A model generated the notes under the pieces. That model had not been told where the DNA came from. It worked only from the letters and a program-made list of their open reading frames with translations, and ran no database searches. A stretch of 64,000 bases of DNA, taken from NCBI GenBank assembly GCA_052387675.1, contig JBQTIY010000011.1, positions 212,252-276,251 on the forward strand, read 5' to 3'. The first letter of the stretch is position 1; every line of letters begins with the position of its first letter. The position numbers and the translations under genes are program-made. Origin of the DNA: Planctomycetota bacterium (GTDB lineage: Bacteria; Planctomycetota; B15-G4). Shown in pieces: positions 8,546 to 17,261 of this stretch.

Positions 8546-8698
8546 TCATAAGCGAGATGCCATCCGGATGACAAAGACCGCAAGGACCACGAACGTCGAG
8601 AGCTGGCGCCAATCCAAGATGGTGTCGCCGCACTCCCGGCAGTCGCTCCACCAGAGCCGCGCCTCTGCTGAGCACTTGCGACAGCGCAGTAGAGTCAT
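8546..8698 (-). CDS. zinc-ribbon plus TM mini-protein (50 aa, absent from the ORF track)
   Basis: My own translation: MTLLRCRKCSAEARLWWSDCRECGDTILDWRQLSTFVVLAVFVIRMASRL. It has CxxC...CxxC followed by one TM helix. Its ATG overlaps the TGA of the upstream lipoprotein gene (ATGA). Confidence 0.5.
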   Translation of the reverse strand: MTLLRCRKCSAEARLWWSDCRECGDTILDWRQLSTFVVLAVFVIRMASRL

Positions 8699-9177
8699 TG
8701 CTCGCGAGGCCTCCACTCAACACGCGACTTGGCCTTGGATAAGTCGTTCAGGATGATGGCGATGCTCGCTGGGAGCGCTTCCTGAGTGCCGTATGTGCTC
8801 TGCTCGCATTGAGCACGAACAACCCTCACGGAATAGACATCCGGACCGACTGTCCCGCCAGTGTAGAAGAGCTCGCTGCTGTCCCAGTCAACGGCTTCGG
8901 CGGAGCCTGCAAGTTCTGCCCAGGCGCTCGGCTCAATAGTGCCCATCGCTTGCTGAAGTGAGCCGGTGGTGTAGTCGTCGAGATAAGCCTGGCCCCCACG
9001 GCTGAACTGTATGCGCCACACGAAGGGCGGCCGCGGTCCGCCGAAGTCGCAGCCACCTTTGTTGGTCAGTTCAAGCCCGAGAATCGGGCCGAGCTCGATT
9101 GCAGGCTCACCCGATTGATCGCACGAACTCGCGGTTAGTGGCAACAGGATCAACGGGAGCGCCCACAGGATCGCCAT
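8695..9177 (-). CDS. hypothetical lipoprotein (160 aa)
   Basis: ATG at 9177, 9 nt after the GTTAGGC core. MAILWALPLILLPLTASSC lipobox. Confidence 0.6.
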   Translation of the reverse strand: MAILWALPLILLPLTASSCDQSGEPAIELGPILGLELTNKGGCDFGGPRPPFVWRIQFSRGGQAYLDDYTTGSLQQAMGTIEPSAWAELAGSAEAVDWDSSELFYTGGTVGPDVYSVRVVRAQCEQSTYGTQEALPASIAIILNDLSKAKSRVEWRPREQ

Positions 9178-9186
9178 TAGTCTTGC

Positions 9187-9285
9187 CCGCCTAACGACTC
9201 TGCCGCTCAGCAGCGGGTCACAGCCGGTCCTGTCACGCGAAGGGGCGCGCGACAGGCGGCCCGACTGCTGCACCGGCGCGTTAGG
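9187..9285 (-). repeat. attC-like recombination site (99 bp)
   Basis: GCCTAAC-GACTCTGCCGCTCAGCAGCGGGTC ... central stem CCTGTCACGCG/CGCGCGACAGG ... GGCCCGACTGCTGCACCGGCGC-GTTAGGC. The stop codon of the 9281-9832 ORF lies inside the box. Confidence 0.75.
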
Positions 9286-9832
9286 CACCGCCGCCACCAC
9301 TCTCAAGATGCTCCAAGGCGGTTCGCGTCAGGCGAAACCATTCACCGCGACTCTCGTGTCCATAGGCACGATTCTGTTGGGATGCCGCTTCGAGCTTCTC
9401 CTTGACCGGGCTCCGGAACATGTTCGGATGCTCCAGCATGAACCACATGTTGAAAACCTTGAATGTCATGGGCGTCTCGCCGGTGAGCTGCCGATACTCG
9501 TTGACTGAGTCGAATAGTAGTGTCTCGGTTTGCTTTGGATTGAAACGCAGCGTTGCCCCAGAATCTCGGTCGGCGTGCTTGAAGAAGTTATCGGCCTCGT
9601 TGAGCAGGTCGGCCACTTGCTTCTCCGCTCCAGGGACGGCCGATGCAATCATGCGGTCCTTAAGCATCTGGCGGTTAACGCCCGCGGCCTTATTCAGGTC
9701 GCGAAGGATGTTGTTTGCCGCTGATGCTAACGTGTGAAGCGCGACGACATCGCCTTCGCGAAAGAACAGGGCAAGCGCTGCCTCGAGCTGCCGACGTGCA
9801 GCATCAAGCTTGCTGACCAGAAGTGTGGTCAT
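9281..9832 (-). CDS. hypothetical all-alpha protein (183 aa), first cassette of the array
   Basis: ATG start 7 nt after a GTTAGGC box. Visibly lower-GC codon usage. No family recognised. Confidence 0.65.
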   Translation of the reverse strand: MTTLLVSKLDAARRQLEAALALFFREGDVVALHTLASAANNILRDLNKAAGVNRQMLKDRMIASAVPGAEKQVADLLNEADNFFKHADRDSGATLRFNPKQTETLLFDSVNEYRQLTGETPMTFKVFNMWFMLEHPNMFRSPVKEKLEAASQQNRAYGHESRGEWFRLTRTALEHLESGGGGA

Positions 9833-9839
9833 ACCGTGT

Positions 9840-9872
9840 GCCTAACCTGAATCCGGCAGGTCTGCGTTAGCA
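9840..9872 (-). repeat. 33-bp mini inverted repeat with attC core boxes (array boundary)
   Basis: GCCTAAC-CTGAATCCGGCAGGTCTGC-GTTAGCA. Too short for a normal attC, so it may be a truncated site or junction. Confidence 0.4.
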
Positions 9873-10027
9873 CCGCGCGGCGCGCGTTCCCACTGCCTAA
9901 GTCGGCTGTCTGCATGCGAGTTTCCTTGCTGCAAGTCCGCCGCCCGAACGGCGAAGCGGCGATCTTAGCAGAAGGTGCCGAATGCATTCGGCAGACTTGC
10001 CGAGCGCCCTGCCTTTACGATGGCCTC

Positions 10028-10489
10028 ATGAGCCGCGCCTTTCTCAAAGAGCCCGAGAGTCCTGAGCCGAGTTGCCCGCCGCCGTCAGGATGCGGCGGCG
10101 TCGGCCTGCCCGTGTCGCGTGTGACGCTGGAGGCGCGGCTACGGCCGGAAGCCGCCGCACGCTTCGTGAGCGACGGCTTCTTCTGTCCCAACCCGGCCTG
10201 CGACGTGGCCTACTTCGACGCCGGCGGCGAGCGCGCGCTGCGCGGCGAGTTGGCCGCGCCCGCCTGGCTCAAGCAGGCCGGCGCGCCGCTCTGCGCGTGC
10301 TTCGGCGTCGGAGAGGAGTACTTCGAAGACCTCGGTCGCCGCAGCGACAAGGCCGCGATGCGCGCCTTTCTCGAGCGTACGGTCTCGCCCGAGGCTCGCT
10401 GCGTCAGCCTCGCCGCCAGCGGCCGCAGTTGCGCCACTGACGCGCGGCGCGTCTTCCTCCGCGCGCTGGAGAACACTGCCGGGGGGTGA
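10028..10489 (+). CDS. Cys-rich protein with BFD-like [2Fe-2S]-binding-type motif (153 aa)
   Basis: ATG at 10028. Motifs CPPPSGCGG, CPNPAC and CACFGVGEEYF...C. The call is a putative metal or iron-sulfur binding protein, not an integrase. Confidence 0.5.
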   Translation: MSRAFLKEPESPEPSCPPPSGCGGVGLPVSRVTLEARLRPEAAARFVSDGFFCPNPACDVAYFDAGGERALRGELAAPAWLKQAGAPLCACFGVGEEYFEDLGRRSDKAAMRAFLERTVSPEARCVSLAASGRSCATDARRVFLRALENTAGG

Positions 10490-10515
10490 TCACGCCGCGG
10501 TGCGTGCAGCGAGGT

Positions 10516-11913
10516 TCAGCTCACGACCCAGCGCGGGTCGCTGAGCTGCTTGCCGCGGATGCGCGCGGCCTCGGCCTCGTAACCCTTGCGGCCCATGAGC
10601 GCGTAGGTAGCGTTCTTGCCGGCTTCGACGCCGGGCTGATCGAAGGCGTCGACGCCGTAGAGCAGGCCCGAGTAGGCGGTTGAGATCATCTGCCACATGA
10701 GCCACTGCCCAACGTGGAAGGCATCGATGCGCGGGAAAGTGATCTGCGCACAGGGCCGGCCCGCCTCGACAAGCGCGAGGAAGGTCGCGCGGCACTCGGC
10801 GTCGAGCAACTGGCCGAAGCTCTTGCCGTCGAGGTACTCCAGACCGCCGAGGCCGGGCGGCGCGTGCGGAATGGCCACGTCCTCGTGCTGCTGCTCGACA
10901 CGCAAGAAGGTGTAGACCTTGTCCTGCGGCCCCTGCGCGAAGAGCTGCACCTGGCTGTGCTGATCGGTGGCGCCCAGCGCGCGATGCGGCGTCGGGCCCA
11001 CGCCCGCCGCGGTGGCCGCGCCGCGCGGCCGCTTGCCGAGGCTCTCGGCGACGAGCTGTACGTTCCAGTCGGCGAGCAGCCGCAACTGGTGGCTGTAGGG
11101 AAAGAGCACCTGCACATTGCAGCGCGCGCGCGTGTCGAGGGCGTGGTGCGCCACCGCCAGCAGCGCGGCCGGATTGGCGCGGAAGTCAGCCCGCAAGCAC
11201 TGCTCGCGCCCCGCGCGTGCGCCGGCCAAGAGCGCGGGCAAATCCCAGCCCATGAGCGCTCCGGGCAGCAGCCCCACCGGCGTGAGCACAGAAAAGCGTC
11301 CGCCCACATTGTCGGGAATGGTGAAGCAGGGCAGGCCGTTGGCCTCGGCAAAGGGCCGCAGTGCGCCCTGTTTGGCGTCGGTCGTCACCACGACGTGATC
11401 GCGCCAGCGTTCGCCGAGCGCAGCCTTCAGCGCCGCGAGGAAGAGCAGGAACTGGCTCATGGTCTCGGCCGTGCTGCCCGACTTGCTGATGACGTTGAAG
11501 AGCGAGGTCGCCGGATTGGCCACGCGCATCACGCCGGCCACAAGCACCGGATCGACGTTGTCGACCACGAAGAGCTTGGGGCGGTTGAGCGCGTGCCGCT
11601 TGAGATTGTGCAGCGCCGGCGAGAGTGCGGCGTGCAGGGCCAGCGTGCCCAGCGCCGAGCCGCCGATGCCCAGCACGACGATGTTTTGGAAGCGCCCGCG
11701 CCGCGCCGCCGCGTAGGCCTCGCAGGCGGTCAGCATGTCGCCGTCGTCGGGCGTGTCGAAAAAGCCCAGGGCCCCCGAGCGGCGCGCGGCGTCGAGCGCG
11801 GCCAGGCGCCCGGGATGCGCGGCCGCAGCCGCGGCCAACTCCTTCGCCTCGACGCCACAGGCGCCCTGCGGTCCCCCACTCATCAGGCAGGTCACGTCGA
11901 GTGTCAGCGACAT
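10516..11913 (-). CDS. pgi: glucose-6-phosphate isomerase
   Basis: Motifs GIGGSALG, FNVISKSGSTAETM, GGRFSVLTPVGLLP and DQHSQVQLFAQG. ATG at 11913 is preferred over the longer track ORF. Confidence 0.9.
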   Translation of the reverse strand: MSLTLDVTCLMSGGPQGACGVEAKELAAAAAAHPGRLAALDAARRSGALGFFDTPDDGDMLTACEAYAAARRGRFQNIVVLGIGGSALGTLALHAALSPALHNLKRHALNRPKLFVVDNVDPVLVAGVMRVANPATSLFNVISKSGSTAETMSQFLLFLAALKAALGERWRDHVVVTTDAKQGALRPFAEANGLPCFTIPDNVGGRFSVLTPVGLLPGALMGWDLPALLAGARAGREQCLRADFRANPAALLAVAHHALDTRARCNVQVLFPYSHQLRLLADWNVQLVAESLGKRPRGAATAAGVGPTPHRALGATDQHSQVQLFAQGPQDKVYTFLRVEQQHEDVAIPHAPPGLGGLEYLDGKSFGQLLDAECRATFLALVEAGRPCAQITFPRIDAFHVGQWLMWQMISTAYSGLLYGVDAFDQPGVEAGKNATYALMGRKGYEAEAARIRGKQLSDPRWVVS

Positions 11914-12079
11914 ACCGGTTTTATAACAAGTCGCTGCGCCGACCGGACCGATCGCGGGCGGACGGAGCGGCGCACGCGGCCGGACTCCGCGAGCGCGGGC
12001 GGCCAAGGACGTCAGTCCGCCATGAGGCACTTGCGGGGTCAGTGGTAGATTGCGGCCCTTCTTCCTCGGGATTCACACC

Positions 12080-13990
12080 ATGTCGACTCAGCTTCCGCGT
12101 CTTGCCGCCGCCACCTTCGCGATCCTCGTGCTCGGGCCCGCGCTCGCGGCGCGACAGTTCCTGCGCGACGTCGCCGCGCTGAACGACCCGGCCATCTGGA
12201 CCAATGGCGTGGCCCTGGGCGACTACGACCTGGACGGCGACCTCGACATCGTCTTCGCCAACGGCTTCGACTACGGCCCGGGCGGCGCGCTCCAGCAGCG
12301 CATGTTCTTCAATGACGGCGCGGGCAACTTTAGCGCCGTTTCGGCGCAGCTCAACGTGGCCAACTTCAATGCGCAGATGGTCATCGCCGACGACTGTGAC
12401 CTAGATGGCGACCTCGACCTGATCTTCTCGCCGGCCGGTGCTTTTCCGGCCACGACACAGCGCGCGCGCATCCTGATCAATGACGGCACCGGCAACTTCA
12501 GCGACGAGAGCACGACGCGCATGCCGCTCACCACGATGTCCTCGTGGTCGGTCGTAGCCGCCGACCTGGACAACGACGGCGACAATGACCTGGCCCTCAA
12601 CAGCGGCTGCCTCAACTTCACCGGCATGCCGGCCCAGGCCATGCTCTTCTTCAACGACGGCACTGGCCACTACACCGACCTGACCGCCACGCACGCACCG
12701 GTAGAGCTGTACAACAGCCAGGACATCATCGCCTTCGACTACGACGGCGACTTCGACCTTGACCTAGCCCACAGCGGCTTCGGCACGGTCGGCAAGCGCT
12801 CGAGCCTGTGGGTCAACGACGGCACGGGGCACTTCACGGTGAGCACGACGCTGGACAACCTCTGCACGGTGAACAGCTACGAGGCCGACTGGTCAGACTT
12901 GGATGGAGACGGCGACTGGGATGCGGCCGTGCAGTCGCTCTCGGGGATGAATGAAGGCTGGGGCGAGAACTTGGGCCTGGGCACGCCGCCGCGCAAGACG
13001 CTTTTCACCGGCACCAATGGCAACGACGACAACGAGATGGCCTCGATGGACTACGACCAAGACGGCGACATGGATGTCTTCGTCGGCTCGCTGACTGGAA
13101 CTTCGGAGAAGGTTTATCAGCAAGGCGCGCCGGGCGTGTTCGCGCGCGTGAACATCTTCACCACACTCACCGACAGTACGCTCGACTTTGCTTTCGGCGA
13201 TCTGGACGGCGACGGCCGCTATGACGTGGTCACCGCGCAGGGCGAGTCCGGCGTGCAGACCAACAAGATCTACGACAACACCGGCCCGCCGGATGTCACG
13301 GCGCCGCGCCTGCTGCGCGTGGAGTCGCCGCCCGCGGTGCTGGCCGGCGGCCTCGTCTTCCGCGCCATGCTGCAGGACTGCTGGGTGGATGACGGCCTCA
13401 CCAGCGCCGACGCCACGGTGAGCTTCGAAGTCTTTGAGTCGGGCTTGTTGGCGGGGAGCGGCGGCGGCCCGGCGAGCTTCATCGGCGGCGGCATGTTCCG
13501 CTTTGTCGTCCCCACCACCGGCGCCACCGACGGCGTGCGGGTCACGTGGCTGGCCACGGATCACGCGGGGAACTCGGCCGCGCCCGTGACGGTGGCCGTC
13601 GGCAATATTGGCAACCACGTGTGGCAGGACTTGGGACTGGGCCTCGCCGGCACCGGCGGCGTGCCGCCCGTGCTGAGTGGCAGCGGCCCGCTGGTGGGCG
13701 GCTCGACGAATGCCCTAGAGCTCAGCGGCGGTCAGCCCGCAGGCAGCGTGATTCTCATCGCGGGCGTCACGCGCATCGACCTGCCCTTCAAGGGCGGCGT
13801 CATGGTGCCGGCCGTCAACACGCTCGTGCCGGGCCTTTCACTCGATGGCGCCGGCGGGCTCTCGCTCGGCTTCCTCTGGCCCCTCCACATTCCCGCCGGC
13901 CTCGAACTCTTCCTGCAAGCCTGGCTGCCGGATGCCGGCGGCCCGCTGGGCTTTGCCGCCAGCAATGGACTGCGTGGCGAAGCGCAGTAA
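12080..13990 (+). CDS. secreted FG-GAP/VCBS repeat protein
   Basis: Signal peptide followed by repeated D-x-D-G-D-x-D motifs (GDYDLDGDLDIVF, DCDLDGDLDLIF, ADLDNDGDNDLAL, and others). Confidence 0.8.
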   Translation: MSTQLPRLAAATFAILVLGPALAARQFLRDVAALNDPAIWTNGVALGDYDLDGDLDIVFANGFDYGPGGALQQRMFFNDGAGNFSAVSAQLNVANFNAQMVIADDCDLDGDLDLIFSPAGAFPATTQRARILINDGTGNFSDESTTRMPLTTMSSWSVVAADLDNDGDNDLALNSGCLNFTGMPAQAMLFFNDGTGHYTDLTATHAPVELYNSQDIIAFDYDGDFDLDLAHSGFGTVGKRSSLWVNDGTGHFTVSTTLDNLCTVNSYEADWSDLDGDGDWDAAVQSLSGMNEGWGENLGLGTPPRKTLFTGTNGNDDNEMASMDYDQDGDMDVFVGSLTGTSEKVYQQGAPGVFARVNIFTTLTDSTLDFAFGDLDGDGRYDVVTAQGESGVQTNKIYDNTGPPDVTAPRLLRVESPPAVLAGGLVFRAMLQDCWVDDGLTSADATVSFEVFESGLLAGSGGGPASFIGGGMFRFVVPTTGATDGVRVTWLATDHAGNSAAPVTVAVGNIGNHVWQDLGLGLAGTGGVPPVLSGSGPLVGGSTNALELSGGQPAGSVILIAGVTRIDLPFKGGVMVPAVNTLVPGLSLDGAGGLSLGFLWPLHIPAGLELFLQAWLPDAGGPLGFAASNGLRGEAQ

Positions 13991-14035
13991 TCGCCGCCGT
14001 CCTCGCCTGACTCGCACACGAGGAGCGCGCTCCTC

Positions 14036-17000
14036 GTGACATCCACCGGCACGCCCGCCACGCCCGCACCTGACGCGCCGGAGTCGGCGCCACAGCGCTA
14101 CGGTTTCGCGCGGCGCCTCGTGGCGCGGCCGGTCACGCTCATGATGCTGTTCCTCACGCTGGCCGGCACCGGCGTGCTGTCTTACCTGCGCATCCCGCTC
14201 ACGCTGCTGCCGCGCGGCCTCTCCTCCAGCAATCTCAACGTCTCGCTGCCCTATCCGGGCGCCGGCCCGCTGGAAGTCGAGGACCAGCTCACGCGCCCCG
14301 TCGAGGAGGCGCTGCGCACGATCCCGGGCATCGTCGAGATCGTCTCTTACAGCAGCGAGAACTTCGCGACCATCAACGTGGAGTTCTCCAGCCGCACGGA
14401 CATGGACGTGGCCTACGGCGAGGTGCGCGACCGCATCGAACGCATCCGCGCCGAGCTGCCGCCGCAGATGGACCGCTACCGCATCCGGCGCTGGAATACC
14501 AACACCGACATGCCCGTGATGTGGATCGGCGTGCAGTACGACCCCGACGCACGCGATCCCTTCTTCCCCATCGAGAAGATCGCCGTGCCGCGCATCGAGG
14601 GCGTGGACGGCGTGGCGCGCGTGGGCCTGGGCGGCGTCGTGGACGAGGCCGTGCGCATCTTCGTGGACGTGGAGAAGTCGCGCGGCTACGGCGTCAACCT
14701 GGGCGAGGTCATCCGCGGCTTGCAGGGGGACAACTTCACGCTGCCGGCCGGCCAGATCGACGAGGGCGACCGCACCTTTGCGCTGCGCGTGGATAGCCGG
14801 CTGCGCAGCGCCGATGAGCTGCGCGCCTGGCCGATCGGCAATGGCCTGGTGCTGGGCGACATCGCCGAGATCGTGCGCGCGCGCGCCTACCGCGACACGG
14901 TCTGGCGCATCAATGGGCGGCCGGCGGTGGGCCTGGACATCAGCCGCGAGTCGGACGAGAACACCATCGCCGTCTGCGACCGCGTGGAAGCGGTCATCGA
15001 CGAGCTGCGCGCCGACCCGCGCATGTCCGGCATCAGCTTCAACATTTTCTGGAACCAGAAGAAGGCCATCCTCGAGGCCATCGGCGGCCTGAAATCCTCC
15101 GCGCTGTGGGGCGGCATCTTCGCGGTCGTCGTGCTGTGGATCTTCCTGCGCGACATTCGCCTCACGCTCGTGGCCGCGCTGGCGATTCCTTCGTCACTGC
15201 TCGCCGCCCTCGCCGCGGTCCACTTCGGCGGCGGCACGCTGAACCTCATCTCGCTGGTCGGCTTCACGCTGGGCATCGGCATGCTCGTGGACAACGCCGT
15301 CGTGGTCATCGAGAACATCGCGCGACGGCGCGCGCTCGGCGATGGAACCCACGAGGCGGCCGCGACCGGCGCCGGCGAAGTCGGCCTGGCCGTGCTGGCC
15401 TCCACGATGACTTCGGTGGTGGTCTTCTTGCCGCTGGTCTTCATGGACGGCGACCGCAACACGCGCATCATGATGCGCGAGGTGGGCCTGCCCATTTCGT
15501 GGTCGCTCATCGCCTCGCTCGTCGTGGCGCTTGTCTTCATCCCCACCTTCACGGCGCGCGTCATGGGCCGCAAACGCCGCGGCAACCACGCCGAGGCCAT
15601 CGGCGTCGGCACCGCCGGCGGGCGCTTGGCGAACAGCTACAGCGCTGCTCTGGCCTGGGTGCTGCGGCATCGCTTCGCCTCCCTCTTGCTGCTCGTGGCC
15701 CTCTTTGTGCTCTCGCTGCAAGCCAAGGAGGCCGTTCCTGCAAGCCAGTCCGGCAACGACGGCGGCGACAGCCTCAGCCTGGAGGTGGAGGTGCCCTCCA
15801 CTTACTTGCTCGCCGACACGAACAAGGTCTTTCAGTCGCTCGAGCGCTGGGCGAACGAGCACATGGAGTCCATCGGCTTCGACTTCTACTCCTCGCGCTT
15901 CGATCGCTTCAGCGGCAGCCTCGATCTCTACGCGCGCGAGGATTTGCCGCGCGCCGAAGTCGACACCATGGATGACCGCGTGCGCGCCGTGCTGCCCGAA
16001 TTGCCGGGCGTGGAACTCACCCTCGGGCGCGAGGCGGGCGGCTCTGCCGCGAAAGAGCTGCGCGTCGACCTGCAAGGCCCCGACTTCGGCGAGCTGGCGC
16101 GCATCGCCGAGGATTTGCGCCGCCGCCTCGTGGCGCTCAACACGGAGCAGGACGGCAAGCTGGTCCCGCTGCTCGACATCGTGCGCACCGACATCGAGCG
16201 CGGCCTCGATGAGGTCCACGTGCGCGTGGATCGCGAGCGCGCCAGCGAACTCGGCGTCCTGCCGGAGACGGTCGAAGGCGTCGTGGCCTGGGGCCTCTCC
16301 GGCCAGCGCCTGCCTGACCTGCAGGAAGGTGAACGCGAAGTGCGCATGCAGATCGAGTACGGCCAGACCGACGAGGAAAGCCTGGATTTCCTGCGCAATC
16401 TCGGCCTGCCACGCCTCGCCGGCGGCACGGTGCCGCTCGCTTCCGTCGCCAGCCTGGAGTTCGGCAAGGCGGTCGGCACGCTCGTGCGCAGAAACGGCCG
16501 CACCACCACCGGCCTCTCCGCCGTGCCCGGCATCGACAACCTCTACCTCGTCTCCAGCTCAGTGGCCGAAGTGCTGGCCGCCTATCCCTTCCCCGAGGGC
16601 GTGACCTGGAGCGAAGAGGGCGGCCGACGCGAGTTCGAGGCGGACATGGAAGAACTCTTCCACACGCTCCTGCTCTCCGTCGCGCTGGTCTACCTCGTCA
16701 TGGCGATCCTGCTCGAGTCCATGATCGTGCCGCTTTCGATCCTGCTCTCGATTCCGCTGGCCTCCATGGGCGTGGACTTCGCGCTCTTCGCCACCGGCTT
16801 CCCCATGGACGAGATGGTCTTCATCGGGCTCATCCTGCTGGCCGGCGTGGTGGTCAACAACGCCATCGTGCTGCTTGATCGCGTGCAGCGTCTGCGCCGC
16901 GAAGGTGTCGAGCGCAGCGCGGCTCTGCTGCAAGGCGGCGCCGACCGCCTGCGCCCCATCCTCATGACCGCGCTCACCACAATCTTCGGCCTGCTGCCCA

Positions 17001-17215
17001 TGGCCGTGCCGCACTGGTTCCCCGGCGACGGCAGCGGCGGCTACGAGTCCATGGCCGTCACCGTCGGCGGCGGCCTGGCCTTCTCCACCCTGCTCACGCT
17101 CTTCGTCGTGCCGCTCTTCTACACCTACTTCGACGACCTCAGCGTGGCCTTCGCGCGCCTCTCGCCTTGGCGCGCCCGCGCCACCGCTCCGCAACCGGAA
17201 GCGCCTAGCATGTAG
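14036..17215 (+). CDS. RND family efflux transporter permease (AcrB/HAE-like, 1059 aa)
   Basis: Length, 12-TM architecture and typical N-terminus ...RPVTLMMLFLTLAGTGVLSYLRIPLTLLP... plus ...GMLVDNAVVVIENI... GTG start with AGGAG upstream. Confidence 0.9.
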   Translation: MTSTGTPATPAPDAPESAPQRYGFARRLVARPVTLMMLFLTLAGTGVLSYLRIPLTLLPRGLSSSNLNVSLPYPGAGPLEVEDQLTRPVEEALRTIPGIVEIVSYSSENFATINVEFSSRTDMDVAYGEVRDRIERIRAELPPQMDRYRIRRWNTNTDMPVMWIGVQYDPDARDPFFPIEKIAVPRIEGVDGVARVGLGGVVDEAVRIFVDVEKSRGYGVNLGEVIRGLQGDNFTLPAGQIDEGDRTFALRVDSRLRSADELRAWPIGNGLVLGDIAEIVRARAYRDTVWRINGRPAVGLDISRESDENTIAVCDRVEAVIDELRADPRMSGISFNIFWNQKKAILEAIGGLKSSALWGGIFAVVVLWIFLRDIRLTLVAALAIPSSLLAALAAVHFGGGTLNLISLVGFTLGIGMLVDNAVVVIENIARRRALGDGTHEAAATGAGEVGLAVLASTMTSVVVFLPLVFMDGDRNTRIMMREVGLPISWSLIASLVVALVFIPTFTARVMGRKRRGNHAEAIGVGTAGGRLANSYSAALAWVLRHRFASLLLLVALFVLSLQAKEAVPASQSGNDGGDSLSLEVEVPSTYLLADTNKVFQSLERWANEHMESIGFDFYSSRFDRFSGSLDLYAREDLPRAEVDTMDDRVRAVLPELPGVELTLGREAGGSAAKELRVDLQGPDFGELARIAEDLRRRLVALNTEQDGKLVPLLDIVRTDIERGLDEVHVRVDRERASELGVLPETVEGVVAWGLSGQRLPDLQEGEREVRMQIEYGQTDEESLDFLRNLGLPRLAGGTVPLASVASLEFGKAVGTLVRRNGRTTTGLSAVPGIDNLYLVSSSVAEVLAAYPFPEGVTWSEEGGRREFEADMEELFHTLLLSVALVYLVMAILLESMIVPLSILLSIPLASMGVDFALFATGFPMDEMVFIGLILLAGVVVNNAIVLLDRVQRLRREGVERSAALLQGGADRLRPILMTALTTIFGLLPMAVPHWFPGDGSGGYESMAVTVGGGLAFSTLLTLFVVPLFYTYFDDLSVAFARLSPWRARATAPQPEAPSM

Positions 17216-17261
17216 GACGCTACGCGGCTGCCACGGGGCTCCGCTCTGCGGCGACCCGGGG

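Noticed and set aside
9914-10489. Possible integron integrase at the head of the cassette array
   Set aside because: The translated product is a small Cys-rich metal-binding-type protein. It has no tyrosine-recombinase boxes (R..H-x-x-R..Y).
10714-12048. 444-aa ORF on the plus strand
   Set aside because: It is antisense to pgi, whose conserved motifs are unambiguous. The composition is low-complexity Arg/Gly/Ala.
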